A stretch of 63,326 nt of DNA, the filler included, from Octopus bimaculoides (taxonomy: Eukaryota), in the NCBI RefSeq assembly GCF_001194135.2. It is 7 parts of 6 records of this genome, joined end to end, with 100 filler letters (N's around TTAATTAATTAA, not from the genome) between each part and the next. Parts side by side here need not be neighbours in the genome. Positions count along the whole stretch, not along the records: positions 53,663 to 63,326 come from NC_068996.1; 6 more parts are not named here. One strand, written 5' to 3'. Every line of letters begins with the position of its first letter. The first letter of the stretch is position 1. Positions 63,193 through 63,326 of the stretch are shown in pieces. The position numbers and the translations under genes were made by a program. The notes beneath the pieces are model-generated. The model made no database searches. It saw only the letters and a list, made by a program, of their open reading frames with translations, and was not told the origin of the DNA.

Positions 63193-63326
63193 TATATATA
63201 TATACATACACACACACAAAGAGAGAGAGAGAGAGAGAGAGAGATACACATATATAAATATGAGGCATGCATGTATAATAAAATTTGAAGGTGCATATAT
63301 GTATGTATATATATATATATATATAT

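Overview
AT-rich, gapped, microsatellite-saturated eukaryotic genomic DNA. The SINE families and repeat texture suggest a cephalopod, probably Octopus (inference, not a database result). No host protein-coding gene could be supported; almost all listed ORFs are translations of microsatellites or N-gaps. Recognisable coding remnants are decayed transposons: five R4/Dong-type RLE LINE pieces, one APE-RT LINE, one Penelope-like (GIY-YIG) fragment, one Tc1 transposase, one hAT terminus and an ORF1-only gag-like element. At least four tRNA-derived SINE families are scattered throughout. The main unexplained signal is a set of hammerhead-ribozyme (HHR) motifs in several unrelated short repeats. These include (i) a candidate non-circularly permuted hammerhead at 29431-29497 (-) with a truncated relative at 6121-6180, (ii) a ~600-bp palindromic element of two back-to-back tRNA-head+HHR units flanked by a 12-bp direct repeat (34835-35432), and (iii) several minimal type I HHRs with palindromic stem III. 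All ribozyme calls are by-eye folds and are untested. The six N44-TTAATTAATTAA-N44 blocks are assembly spacers.
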